Below are positions 15,720 through 29,796 of a stretch of 64,000 nt of DNA, piece by piece. Both the position numbers and the translations under genes were made by a program. Under the pieces are notes generated by a model. That model was given only the letters and a program-made list of their open reading frames with translations. It was not told the DNA's origin and did not search any database. Every line of letters starts with the position of its first letter. Within the stretch, counting starts at the first letter, position 1. Origin of the DNA: the human T2T-CHM13v2.0 reference genome, Homo sapiens; the NCBI RefSeq assembly GCF_009914755.1, contig NC_060929.1; one strand, 5' to 3'.

Positions 15720-15870
15720 GAAGTAGCACGTGGTAACCTAGGTTTGAATTCCAGCTCCACCGTTTGCTTGCTGTGTGACCTTGGGCAAGTCGCTTATCCT
15801 CTCTGGGCCTCAGCTTTTTCATCTGTAAAATGAGGACAAAAATACTGTGGGCCTCTGTGGGCTATTTGAA
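15720..15870 (+). mobile_element. MIR
   Basis: ggtttgaattccagctccac...tgtgtgaccttgggcaagt...ctcagctttttcatctgtaaaatgagg. Confidence 0.85.
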
Positions 15871-15967
15871 GAGCAAAGGACACTTGATAGTTCAATGCAC
15901 TGTGCAAGACAAAAGTGAGTTATTTACTTGAAAATGAAAATGAATTTAAAAGCTATGGCCATACATA

Positions 15968-16272
<305 letters not shown>

Positions 16273-17084
16273 TTAAAGCTATGGCCATACATATAAAGAA
16301 AAGAAACCACAGGTGAAGACGAATGCGCACAGACATTTTAATTAGGGTGTTCCTCACCTCTTTTGAGCAAGCTAACTGGGTGATCGCATGTATGACACAC
16401 CAGACGTCTGGGTATCAATTCAGCTGGAGCCACAGGATGTGACCTGCCAACTCTTCCTCCAAAGTCACCTCACAACTGCCACTGCTCTCCTCCCATGGGG
16501 TACAGGGGCATGTATGGACCCAGAGGTCTCAGTGTGACTTTCTCCTTCTCTCCCTCCCCAGTTATCCTCCTGCTCCTTGCTAGAGACACTAAGGAAGTTC
16601 ACGTCTATGAAGATGAGGGCAAGTATAGTCCAGATCCTAAGAAGAATCATATGGCCTTCTTTCTGTTCCTTCAGTGACAGGTTCCTTGTTGCTTCAAGAC
16701 CTACACAAATTGGTGAGGTCTCTCCTCCCCTTCCGGGAGTCTTGCCACATCTCTCCTCTCTCCAATTCATTTTTACTGGAAGTGAATAGATCACACTTCT
16801 GAGCTTAATGTTAGTTCTTTTTACCTTATCAAATTTCTCCTTCTTTCCTCACCCCAACCTGCAAATGAAACAAGCAGCTTCACTTTTGCATCAAAACGAG
16901 GTAGAAAAAGACAGGGGAAAAAAGACCATTGTTTTTGTGCCATTTTTGGTGCCTCTATAGGGACAGGGCTGGCTTATTTTGCACGCTTATTGCTAAAGTA
17001 GACAATGCTAGGCCCTGAGCACCCCTAATTCTGGACTGAAATTTGTCCTTCCCTGACACTGAAAAGACGCTTTTCATTTTTACA

Positions 17085-17160
17085 CATCTATTCAACAAAC
17101 ATTTATTGAGGGGTTATTATGTGCTAAGCACTGTGCTAGGTGTCAAAGAAGTAAGCAATG
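17085..17160 (-). mobile_element. L2 3' end fragment
   Basis: attcaacaaacatttattgag...tatgtgctaagcactgtgctagg. Confidence 0.65.
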
Positions 17161-17336
17161 TATGTTCCTTCTGAGGGCAAACACATCACGCATTTCTGCA
17201 GATGCCCTCTTGCTTGTTTTTGCACTTATCTAGTACTAAAATCAGCCAAAGAGTATTCTCTCTCCAGAGCAGATGCCTGGCACAATCTACTTTTGAGCCT
17301 GCACCTCCTCGAGACTCAAAAAATACTCTGGAAATT

Positions 17337-17640
17337 GGCTGGGTGTGGTGACTCACACCTGTAATCCCAGCACTTTGGGAGGCCAAGGCAGAAGGATTGC
17401 TTGAGGCCTGGAGTTTGAGACCAGCCTGGTCAACAGAGGAAGATCCTGTCTTTACAAAAAATAAAAAATTAGCTGGGTGTGGGGGCACATGCCTATAGTC
17501 CTAGCTACTCAGGAGGCTGAGGCAGGAGGATGGATTGAGTCCAGGAGTTCGAGGCTACAGTGAGCTATGATCATGCCACTGCACTCCAGACTGGGTGACA
17601 GAGCAAGACCCTGTCTCTGAAAAACAAAAAATAAAAAAAA
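17337..17640 (+). mobile_element. AluJ
   Basis: Dimeric Alu with J diagnostics. Confidence 0.93.
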
Positions 17641-18490
17641 TCAAGAAATAGAGTCTTAGAACTGCTGACTGGACAGGACACCAAATCTATCTACCATATG
17701 GAACCCATGAGGAAATAAAGGATTCAAGAGTAAATGACTCCTCTGAAGCCACCCACAGTGGCCAATCTTATTTATCTTGAGTGACTTAGGGGCTGGTCGG
17801 GGTGGAGGTCAAGGAATATCCTCAAGGATAGCTAGATGTCCTTTCCAGTCTGGAGATTCTAGGCAGACCAGAGGGAATGGTGGCGACCTGGCTGCCAGCT
17901 CTCTGGAGTCGAGAATCTGAAGCAATGTGAGCTGCCGCCGGTTCATGCCACTGCCAGTGTTTGCCTGCGCCATCACTATCAGCATCAAACTCACTCCCTG
18001 CTTTGTTAAGTGCTTTGGGATTTCTCAAGTAGAAAAGGTGCTATATAAAATCAATCACAGGAAACCCTGCTGCTGGCAGCTCAGAACAGCTACAGTAAGC
18101 AGTGTCCACTCAATCAATAGTCCCTCACCGAGAAGGGGAAAGAATACCATTAAAAAGGTGTGCTCTTAGAAAAACTTCCCTTAAGTAAGGGGGGGAAATC
18201 CTACCTTACAAAGAGTGTATATATACAGAAAGCACACAATATATTGTTCCTCCGTGACCAATATTACACATGATGGGAGAAGGAACTTACTGCTTACTAC
18301 ATACTTTTGCTTTTCTTTTAACCACGCAAGAACACAAACTGATACACGTTGAGCCTGAAAAACCTTGTAGGCCCCGTGCAGGAAATGCTTATTGGATTCA
18401 TTTATAAAATGAAAATGGAATTAGCTCTATGGCACTGGGGTAGAAAAAAAGTGATTTCTACAATTGGCTTGCCAAAGAATAATATGCAAG

Positions 18491-18875
18491 TGTATTAGTA
18501 CATTTTCACACTACTATAAAGATACTACCTGAGTGTGGGTAATTTACGAAGAGAAGATGTTTAATTGGCTCACAGTTCCACACGCTGTACAGGAAGCATG
18601 GCTGGGGAAGCCTCAGGAAACTTACAATCATGGCGGAAGGCAAAGGGGAAGCAAGGCACCTTCTTCACAAAGTGGCAGGAGAGAGAAAGCATGCAGGGGG
18701 AACTGTCATTTTTAAAACCATCAGATCTCATGAGAACTCCTTCACTATTATGAGAACAACATGGGGGAAACCACCTCCATGATCCAATCACCTCCCACCA
18801 GGTCCCTCCCTTGACACCCTGGGGATCACAATTTGAGATGAGATTTGAGTGAGGACACAAAGCCAAACCATGTCA
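18491..18875 (-). mobile_element. MSTA/THE1-type MaLR solo LTR
   Basis: tgtattagt...cctcaggaaacttacaatcatggcggaagg...ccaaaccatgtca; TSD gcaag/gcatg. Confidence 0.88.
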
Positions 18876-18980
18876 GCATGTTTGGGATATAGTATAACTT
18901 GTTTGCCTTTAATTATGTTTAAATATACGGAATATACGTAGATGCATATCATTTTATGGTGTTAAAGAACTAGGCTTCTT

Positions 18981-19457
<477 letters not shown>

Positions 19458-19711
19458 CTAAAGAATATTAATTTGGAATATTTTGGTTTTCATTTCATTT
19501 CAAAAGTTAAAATACAAAAAGTACATAAAATTGCATTACTATGTAGATGAAATCATGCTACTTCTCAAAGGTACAACATGGTAATTTAACTAGTTGAGAA
19601 AATTAGGAAGAGGATATCTCACAGTATTTTTAATCCACAAACAATTTTTTGTTAACTACAGAAAAGTATTGTGGTTTTTTAAGTTAAAGAGAACTTTAAA
19701 AAGCAAATAGG

Positions 19712-20062
<351 letters not shown>

Positions 20063-20740
20063 CTAAGAAGAGAGTTCTTGAAGAGTTTGTCTAATGAAGT
20101 CTTCCTGTGGCCTGAAAGAGTATTTTAAATCAGTCATCAGTGTCTCTTTAAGTCTTTTCCACAAACCGTAATAGAGTTTAACTTGCTAAAGTGTAAATGA
20201 TTAAAAATCCCGCATTTACAAGAAAATGCATAGGTTCTTTGATCCAAGCGTTGTAAACTCTGGAGTGCATTATAATCCCTTGGAGGGGCTTATTAGATGC
20301 TGACCTAATGGCTTGTGGACCTTACCTTAAGAAATTCTGTGCCTAGTCCCTTGGTTGTAGGTTAGGAAACTACTTCATGGCTGTCTGACAATGACTTGCT
20401 CAAGGCCACCCCACTATATGATTCTAGGGCACCAACCTTAACCATGCCTCCCACCTGTCCCACATCAGCATTCTTTTCCCTTCAACACCTGGTTCTTCTC
20501 TCTGAAATGGCTTTGGTTACTCTCAAATGCTTCTCGAATTGTTCACCCAGGACAAATGATATTCCCTTCATGGAAATAATTCCTAAATAGCTTCTCTTTC
20601 TTCCTTTAAGAGTTCTTTACAATCATTTTAGTCTATAAAATCAGAATTGTGTTTAAACCATTTATTATACAAAAATGCCCAGTTACAGACCTAGTACTAT
20701 TTTTGTTTTTTATAATGTCTGGTTAAGAAATTCTCAAGAA

Positions 20741-21123
<383 letters not shown>

Positions 21124-24100
21124 TTAGTATATATTGTAGCTGAGACTCCAGGTTTATAGTGCCCATGATGTCCTCAGCTTAGATTTCAGCAGTTTCACTA
21201 GAGTGACTATAATTTCCAGAGCTACCAAATGCTACCCAGAGTCTGACCACATTACCAGAAATTTCAGATTAGATCTAGATTTAAACAGATACACCTAAAC
21301 TTGGGGGTAAGGGGCTAACTTTTTTCTTGGTTAACATAACTTAATTTCAGTGTATTTCTCTTAAACACCTAGCTACACCAACAAGGTAGATGCTTAATAG
21401 TTCAGACACATTCTGAAGTTTATGCCTCAAAGGCAATCATAGGAATTCCAAGAGTGATTCATACACAAATAAATCTGTAACTTTCCAGCAGAATTATTTT
21501 TAAAACCTACCAAATATTACCTTTTCTTCTACAGGCTAGATTATTTCTTGCTTACCCATTGTACTGATAGCCAGGGAGAGCCAGGGAGAAGTATGATAAT
21601 CAAACTCCATTCTATCTGCTAGCTCTGTCCTATTTTCTTCATGAAATTTTTATCAGCAATGATAAAATCAGCTTCTTGAGTATTAGTATGCTCCTTGTAG
21701 AGCTGGGAGGAGAAGGCAAAAAGCCAAAAGAGCAGAAAGAGTGGGAGACAAAAGAAGCAGAAAACTCGAAAACAAACAATATAATCCTAACCTCAAATAA
21801 CCAAGACATGGCAACACTTTCAAATACTGAAAACTCCTTTACATTTGTAATTGTTTCACAATTTCTAGATATGTAATCAAGGAATAACACCCATTTTAAA
21901 TTATTTCTTAAATCAAGAATTTGAAAAGTTTTTTGTGCCAGAAAAATGTTAATGTTTATAAATGCCTGAATAATTAACATTGACAAGGTATAACAAAAAC
22001 ATTTGATGTTTTTCTCACATACTTATAATGCTTATGGCTTGACTGGAATAATGACAAATAGGAGGAATACTTGGAAAATTTCACTGCGTGTGTGTAGGTT
22101 TAAGCAAAATATTTAACCGTTCTGGGCCTCAGTTTCTTCATGTGCACGTAGGGCTGTAAAGAGAGTATGATAATCTCTAAATTTCTTTCTAGTTCTAGGA
22201 GACAACAAAGTAAAATCTGCAAAGTATAACAATTAGGATCAACAAAATTCCTGCATGAATTCCAACATTTGCCATAACAATATATGGTTTTTCAGAAAGC
22301 TTAATATCTCTTTGTGGTATTTTTGTTTTTAAGTATTGTGTTAATATACAGCATTAACTTAAATGTTATGCTCTAATCAGCAGCTTGGATGACCTTAGAG
22401 TTTTACAACTGAAACGCATTGAATCGATCCAGTAAAACATATTTGGGATTTTGCCATTGCAAATCCAGCTTTACGATTTACTGACAACAAATGGACTAAA
22501 GGAAATCTGTGTCTGCAACATCCAACACTGGCTCTGCTATCTCTCTATCCATACTTGAGGCAATGAATGATCTTTCTGCAGCCAGCTATTGAAATTTTCA
22601 ATCGTGAAATTAATTTCATTCTTTTACCCAGATATGCAGATATCCAGGTCAACATTTTCTGAAAACATATTAAATGGAGTGGCACAGAAGGTTGTACAGG
22701 GCAACAAAAATGGCAATTTTGGACAATTCAACGAGACGTACAGCCAGATCACAACTCTTTCACAGCTTCACTATAAAACTCCCAGCCTCTAAAAGGAAAA
22801 TCTCTCGTGATGCAAGAGAAATAAGTGGGAGCTGTACCAAAGTACATTATATTGTGACACAAAAAGCATAAATCGTGTGTGTATGAAAATCATAAGCCCT
22901 AAGCTTTAGAGAGAGTTGTGCAATTGACAATCAAATGGAGCTTAAAGGGAATTAGGAGGTTTTCAACTAAAGTCTTGAAATAAAGAAAGTAATATTTTAC
23001 GGCAAAAAATTGCAAGTGTCAAGTTTAAATCATAAGACTTTGCACCATTGAGCTACTAGCTAGTTCTATAGCTTCTTCAGTCCTTAACACAGGGAAAGAC
23101 CAACTTTCATGCTTGATAAAACTTAAGAACTTTAGAAATACATTTAAGAACATAATTCATGTATTTGTGACTTTTTCCCTCCCTAAATGGCTAATTGTAG
23201 AAGAAAAATGAGTGAGCATAAGAACTTCTTGGATGGTGACCTATTCCCCCATTTGCTTTAGACTCTCATGAATTCTTGTGTTTTTTAAATAGGGCTGCCA
23301 CCAATTTGGTCATTCGAAGAAAAGGCGGGTCTCAGGAATATGGATGGCTGTCCTCCCTTTCCCCTTCAGATGTCAGCCGCATCTACTCCTGCTTTTGGAA
23401 AACCCCAGGGCAAACGGACCTGCCAGGCAGCCAACCAACCACCAGCCCCCGTGAAAGGCTGGAACCCAGCTGCCCAATTCGGTTGCTCCTGTCCAAAGCC
23501 AGACAGGTGGCAACCCAGATTGAATCTGTTGTTGTGGGAATGATTTGATTCACAAACAAGGTTATTAAATTTTATATGGAGACACAGGCGAAAGTCACAA
23601 GATCCTGGAGAGAAAGACCTGATTCACATAAATTTATCTTAATAGCTGTGAATTCGGGAGCATAAAGCAGAAAAAAAATTAATGGAAAGGCATTTCACCT
23701 CCTCCGTCTGCCTGCTCTCCTCCACTCCCCGGCACATAATATGCCCACACACACACATACATCAACAACTGCCATGACTCCATCCAGCCTTTTGCAGGAG
23801 GAGCCCAACACATTGATCTGAGCCTGTTTTGACATATAAACTCCAATTTGGCCCCAAGTCACTGCGAGTGGACACTGCCACCAACGTCTCTGACACTAGG
23901 TTATTTGTTGTTGCTGTTCGCTGTCCCTGTTTGCACATTAATCCAGTAACAATTAGGTGTCAGCGAGCGTTGTTTCTGCTTAGCTGATAGCCTTGGGCTC
24001 TGCGCTTGAAGCCCTAATCAGGAGTGTAAACTCTGCTATATTTCAATTTGGAGAAGCGCTCTTCCGCTAAGAGGCCCCTGGCACTGCGATAAATAAAACG

Positions 24101-24319
24101 CCTATTTACTCTATTGCCACACTTAGACATCTAATGCACTTACTACCAGCCCCCTAATCATAGCCTACAGTTAAAACCGCCTATAAATCACTCCGTTCTC
24201 ATCCTGCACATTAGTGAAGCCATTTTCCCCAAACCCCACAATGAGCACTGTTTCCTTTTCTTGTTAGTCAAAAGCCAGATGATTTTTATTAGGTTAAAGA
24301 CGAGTTCACAGATGGTAAA

Positions 24320-25440
24320 TCGCGTGGAGAGAAATGAGCTGGAGAGTTACACCGAGTCAACGCGGGACACGGCTCCCGGCCCGGGCCGGGCCAGGGGTGG
24401 GAGGCGGTTCCCTACCGCAGGCGGCGGGACTCCCATGCGCCGAGGGACCCAAGTCTCCACTCCACCCACACGCCCACCCGGCGTCGGGGCGCTGCGGCCT
24501 CGCCTCACGAGCCCAGAGCAGGCCGCAGCCTGGGCTGGGGATCCGGCACCTGGGCAGGGTGAGCTTGGCCGGACATCCTCCTCCAGGACTACCCGCACCC
24601 CATAGTCGCGTCAAAAGCGCCCCATCCCCCTGTCTCTCGCCGCGCAGGTTTCCCACCGACGCCCGCTCGGAAGGCGAGAGCCCCCACGTGGCCCGGCGCG
24701 GCGCGGCCCCCGGGGACCGCGAGCAACAAAAGCCCGGCCCGCAGCCCCTGCTCCTCGCCTTCCTTTTCAATTCTCCCCTGATCTCAGGTGGAATTAGGAG
24801 GATTAAAGCAGCAAGTAAATGAGGCGAGTGTGCAAAATGACTCCTTTCTGAACCAAACGGCATGCTCCGTGCTGGGGAAATGAGATGCACATTTAAATCT
24901 CATCCATCCACCGCCTGCGGCCACCGCCATGTACCTGCCTACTTAGCCCAAGGGTTAATTAATTGAGGCTTCAATGCACTATTGCAAGAGCATTATTGCA
25001 TTTGATACTCTACATCTGTGATTTAAAACTCTTTCAGTCCCTTGTCAGCAAGGGAGGGTTTTTAACTAGGAAATTAGCATTCAGATAAGGGAACGCTCTA
25101 TTTGCTTCTGAAAGGAAGGAAATATTAAGGATGCTGGTGCACAAACCGGGCTGTCATATCCTGTCCCATCCTGGAGGGAGCGCGAGGGCCCGGCTCCTCT
25201 GGGAGTGGCGGCGACAGGGCGTCGTGCAATGGACGCCAGCACCAGGGGCGGGCTGGAGGGGGACCGGCGATCAGGGAAACCTTACTCCTCGCAGGCTTCA
25301 ACCTGCTGGGGCGTGTTTACGTCCGCAAAGTCCGATAATATATTTTGTCCCCACTTCTTAGGAGCTGATTCTTCTTAAAATGCATTGCCACGTTATCTCT
25401 AACGTTGGCTTTCTGACTTCCCCGCGGGGCTCGGAGGAAG
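24320..25440. promoter_or_regulatory. CpG island 2 (orphan), overlapping a candidate ultraconserved element
   Basis: Very CpG-dense at 24320-24760 and 25140-25440, with an AT/TAAT-rich unique core between. Confidence 0.88.
24790..25130 (+). ncRNA. Probable ultraconserved element / T-UCR uc.160 (boundaries approximate)
   Basis: Repeat-free, motif-dense block (GGTTAATTAATTG, TGTCAG, AGATAAG) directly 3' of the dense CpG segment, ~30 kb downstream of the AP3B1 stop. Contains the miR-155 seed match AGCATTA (24989-24995). Fits my recollection of uc.160 (near AP3B1, upstream CpG island, miR-155 target); not verified by alignment. Confidence 0.6.
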
Positions 25441-25663
25441 TAACCCAGTTTCTTAAGGAAAAATGAGAGATAAACATCACAACAGAATTCTAATGACACT
25501 GCAACAAAATCAGGTACAACATTGCTGTTAGTGATTATCTTTATTATTTTAAGTATTGGACTCAAGTGCTAATACGCTAACGAATACAAAGAACAGCAAC
25601 AAAAAATAGTGGCTCACAAGCTCACATTCTGGATCAGAAACCAGTTAGAATTATGTGACCTAA

Positions 25664-26125
<462 letters not shown>

Positions 26126-28603
26126 TGCCTGTGGTGTAATCCTGTTGTAATGTCTCATGTAGACATAGTTTTTATGTAAAATGACTACATGATTATATTC
26201 TGGATTCTCAGGCCAAAATGAACGAAAGAAAGAAAAGAAAAGAGAAGAGAAGGAAAGGAAAAGAAAGAAAAGCCTTTGGTGCTTGCTCACTACAAAATGA
26301 ACAAATTGCAAGTGGAAAGGAAAATGTTTCCTTTTTTGAGTCCCTTCATACCTAGTGGAATTTGGAAAACTTAGGAATCCTTCAATAACAAACACTTTGC
26401 CAAGTGCAAGGACTTGGAATTTCTTCTCTACTGAATCTACTGAACCATGGGTCTTAATTAGGTGAAACAGCATCACCTACAGTGGGATTTGGTTGGGACC
26501 CCCAAGTCAATAATTTGATTGAATAAAGCTCTTTGGAATTTTCATGAGTTGGGCAGAAGATGGGGAACTGGATTTGATGGGGTTTATGTGTGTGTATGTG
26601 TGTGTACATGACATCAGTTCTGTACTACTTTCTCATAATGGTCCAATTCTGTCTTTAGGTAGTTCTTGCTGAATAATCTTACTGGTAATTACCCAGAAGT
26701 CTCCCTGGCTAATCATCACCTACCTTGCTCAAATTTTACTCTTCTACTTCTTGGTAGCATTACAAAAAAAGAGGAATCAGACAAAGCTGGTGATAATAAC
26801 AAGAAATAATAGATGGGCTGTGTGTTTGACTTATGGTTTAGCTGTTTCCATTCAAACCTGGAATCCCAGTGCCAATATATGAGTTGCATTTTGTTTCTAA
26901 GGGCCAAGTACTCTAACTTTGTTATGTACATAGCGTTTCAAGTGTTTCATAATACACCTAGTCTGTATAACTTTGTCTCATTGGTGGCAGTCACCTTTCT
27001 GCTACCACACACAGAGAGACCAGATACTTTCCATTATTTTAAAACTGCTTGATATAATCCTTTAGAAGTAAGAAAACTAGAACTTGCTTTTCAGTCAGCT
27101 CTGCAACACATTTTCCCTGCATTGCTCACACTGGTTCATTATGGGAAGGCTTTTCCCCCGTCTCCTAGGTGGTCTGCATTGGGGTCTTCAAAATAAAAGA
27201 GCACCACAGGAAGAGTGCACAGCATTTCTGAAGAGAAGAAACGCACAAGTGACTCAATAAGCTCTGAAGATTGATAAAATGAAATGGTGAAGTTTTGAAT
27301 CTACATACTTGACAGCTATGCTTGGAGACATTCAATGACATCAGTCTCCTAAGATTACTCTACTTTCACAACAGAAAGAGAGGTCTGTTATTTGGAGCGG
27401 CTTATAGGGCCAACTGGATGCCACCTGGTATTTGGAAAGGAACATGGAGCTGAGTATTGAATGGTTTGGATTACAATACGTATAATTTGAGCACCTTTCT
27501 TTAGGGTGGGCCCAACAAACTTATATTATGCAACAAATTCTATCCAAAATAAGAATATAATAAAACAGAAAACTAAAATGGCATTCTCTCTAGGAAACTG
27601 GTACCCAGGAAACCTTTTCCACCATAAGGAAAGGACTCTGAATATCTAAGTCTGCAGAGAGTAAATTAGCCACAGAATTCCTCTAAGTTACAGGCCCACT
27701 CCTTGCCGCCCCACACCCAAATCCCTTCCAGCTCCATTTCTCTCTAGGTCCAGCTGGAATTTCTCTTGCTGGTTCACACCCTCAGTGGTTCCCTTTGTAG
27801 AGTGAGAGGGAAAAAGGAACATGTTCCTCTTTCCTAATACCATGTTGTTCCAGACAGAAGCAGAGACAGTGTTTCATCTTGTCTATCTTGCTGCTCCTTC
27901 ACTGTGCAATTCGCAAAATAGGCTCTGCACGAATCACTTGTGGGATCAACAAGTGAAGTCCCATTATGACTCAAGGAACTGTTCCAAATGCCTGGAAGGC
28001 AGTTTTATTATACTGAAAAAAAAAACAAACCTAAAAAGTGGGCCATAACCTTGGGTTGACAGATTTTCAGTGCACACTAATGTGTGTGGTGAGCTTTGCC
28101 CTGCGGAGCTCCTGAGGGGCAGCAAGAAGAGAGGATGGATGGGAGGCAGCTTGGAGCTCCTGATTCTGAGGTGGCCAGCTGCAGTGAGACCAGTGCTATA
28201 GACTTTCTCATGTGAAATCTGCTTAGCAATGTGACAGGAAAATAACAATTTATTTAAAAATTCACCTCGGTCTCTCTTTACATAGGAACATGGGTTTTTT
28301 GTCCATGCAATTTTTGTTTTGGCTTTTGCTTCTTGGTAGGATTTGATTCTCATGAAGGAGGCTAAATGGTTGGCTTGGATAGTGAGGAGTGTCACTCCAT
28401 AACTCACCTATCGTAGAGCTGGCTCTAAAGGTGGTGCCTCACAAATGGAGAAACAAAGGTCTTGCCTTCTGGCAATTCTGTTTTGTGAACTGCCCCTTTT
28501 GAACGTGGGTCCTTAGCTTCCTCTTGACTTCGAATATACCAGGTAAGACTACAACTCTTTTGCCAAGCAAAAGATGCTAATAATTAAATGATTCCCTGCT
28601 ACA

Positions 28604-28893
28604 TTTTTTTTTTTTTTTGAGACAAGAGTCTCATTCTGTCGCTGGAGTAAAGCAGCACAATCTCGGCTCACTTCAACCTCCACCTCCCATGTTCAAGTGA
28701 TTCTCATGCCTCAGCTTCTCAAGGAGCTGGGACTACAGGCACACGACACCACACCTGGCTAATTTTTGTATTTTTTAGTAGAGATGGGGTTTCACCATGT
28801 TGGCCAGGCTGGTCTTGAACTGGCCTCAAGTGATTCGTCCGCTTCAGCCTCCCAAAGTGTCGGGATGACAGGTTGTCAGCCACTCTGCTTGGT
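28604..28893 (-). mobile_element. AluS
   Basis: Antisense Alu with poly-T. Confidence 0.92.
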
Positions 28894-29336
28894 TGGATTT
28901 CCCCAGTTCAGAAGCTAAAGTGTGGATTAAAGTTCCCAATTCATCTCTTCCTACCTTGGGTAGAAGGGACATAATTCTATTATTTGTTCCTAGGCTACAT
29001 ACACATAACAGACAGAGTTCAGGAGGCAGTTCCTGGAAGATTCATTAGTAAAAGCCAGAAGAAGATAAATCCAAGAGCCACTTCAAATTTTCTCCAGAAT
29101 TTAGTGGGACAGAAATGTAAGTAATAAACACAAAGATTAATAGATGAGCAAGTATATAAATTTTCTTGGTAGCAAAGGAGCCTCATGATGAAAGTTTTCG
29201 ATAATAACATTCTTTTAAAAAGAAGTCTTACTTTGGTAAACATCAATGGAAAGATGTGTGAGTGATTTTTAAGTCAAGGTGACTCTTTTTCGGAACGGAG
29301 AGGGCAGTTTATTTGCTTTAAAAACAATGCAAATCT

Positions 29337-29796
<460 letters not shown>

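Noticed and set aside
24261-24890. 114-177 aa ORFs in CpG island 2
   Set aside because: Stop-codon depletion from high GC; no homology recognised.
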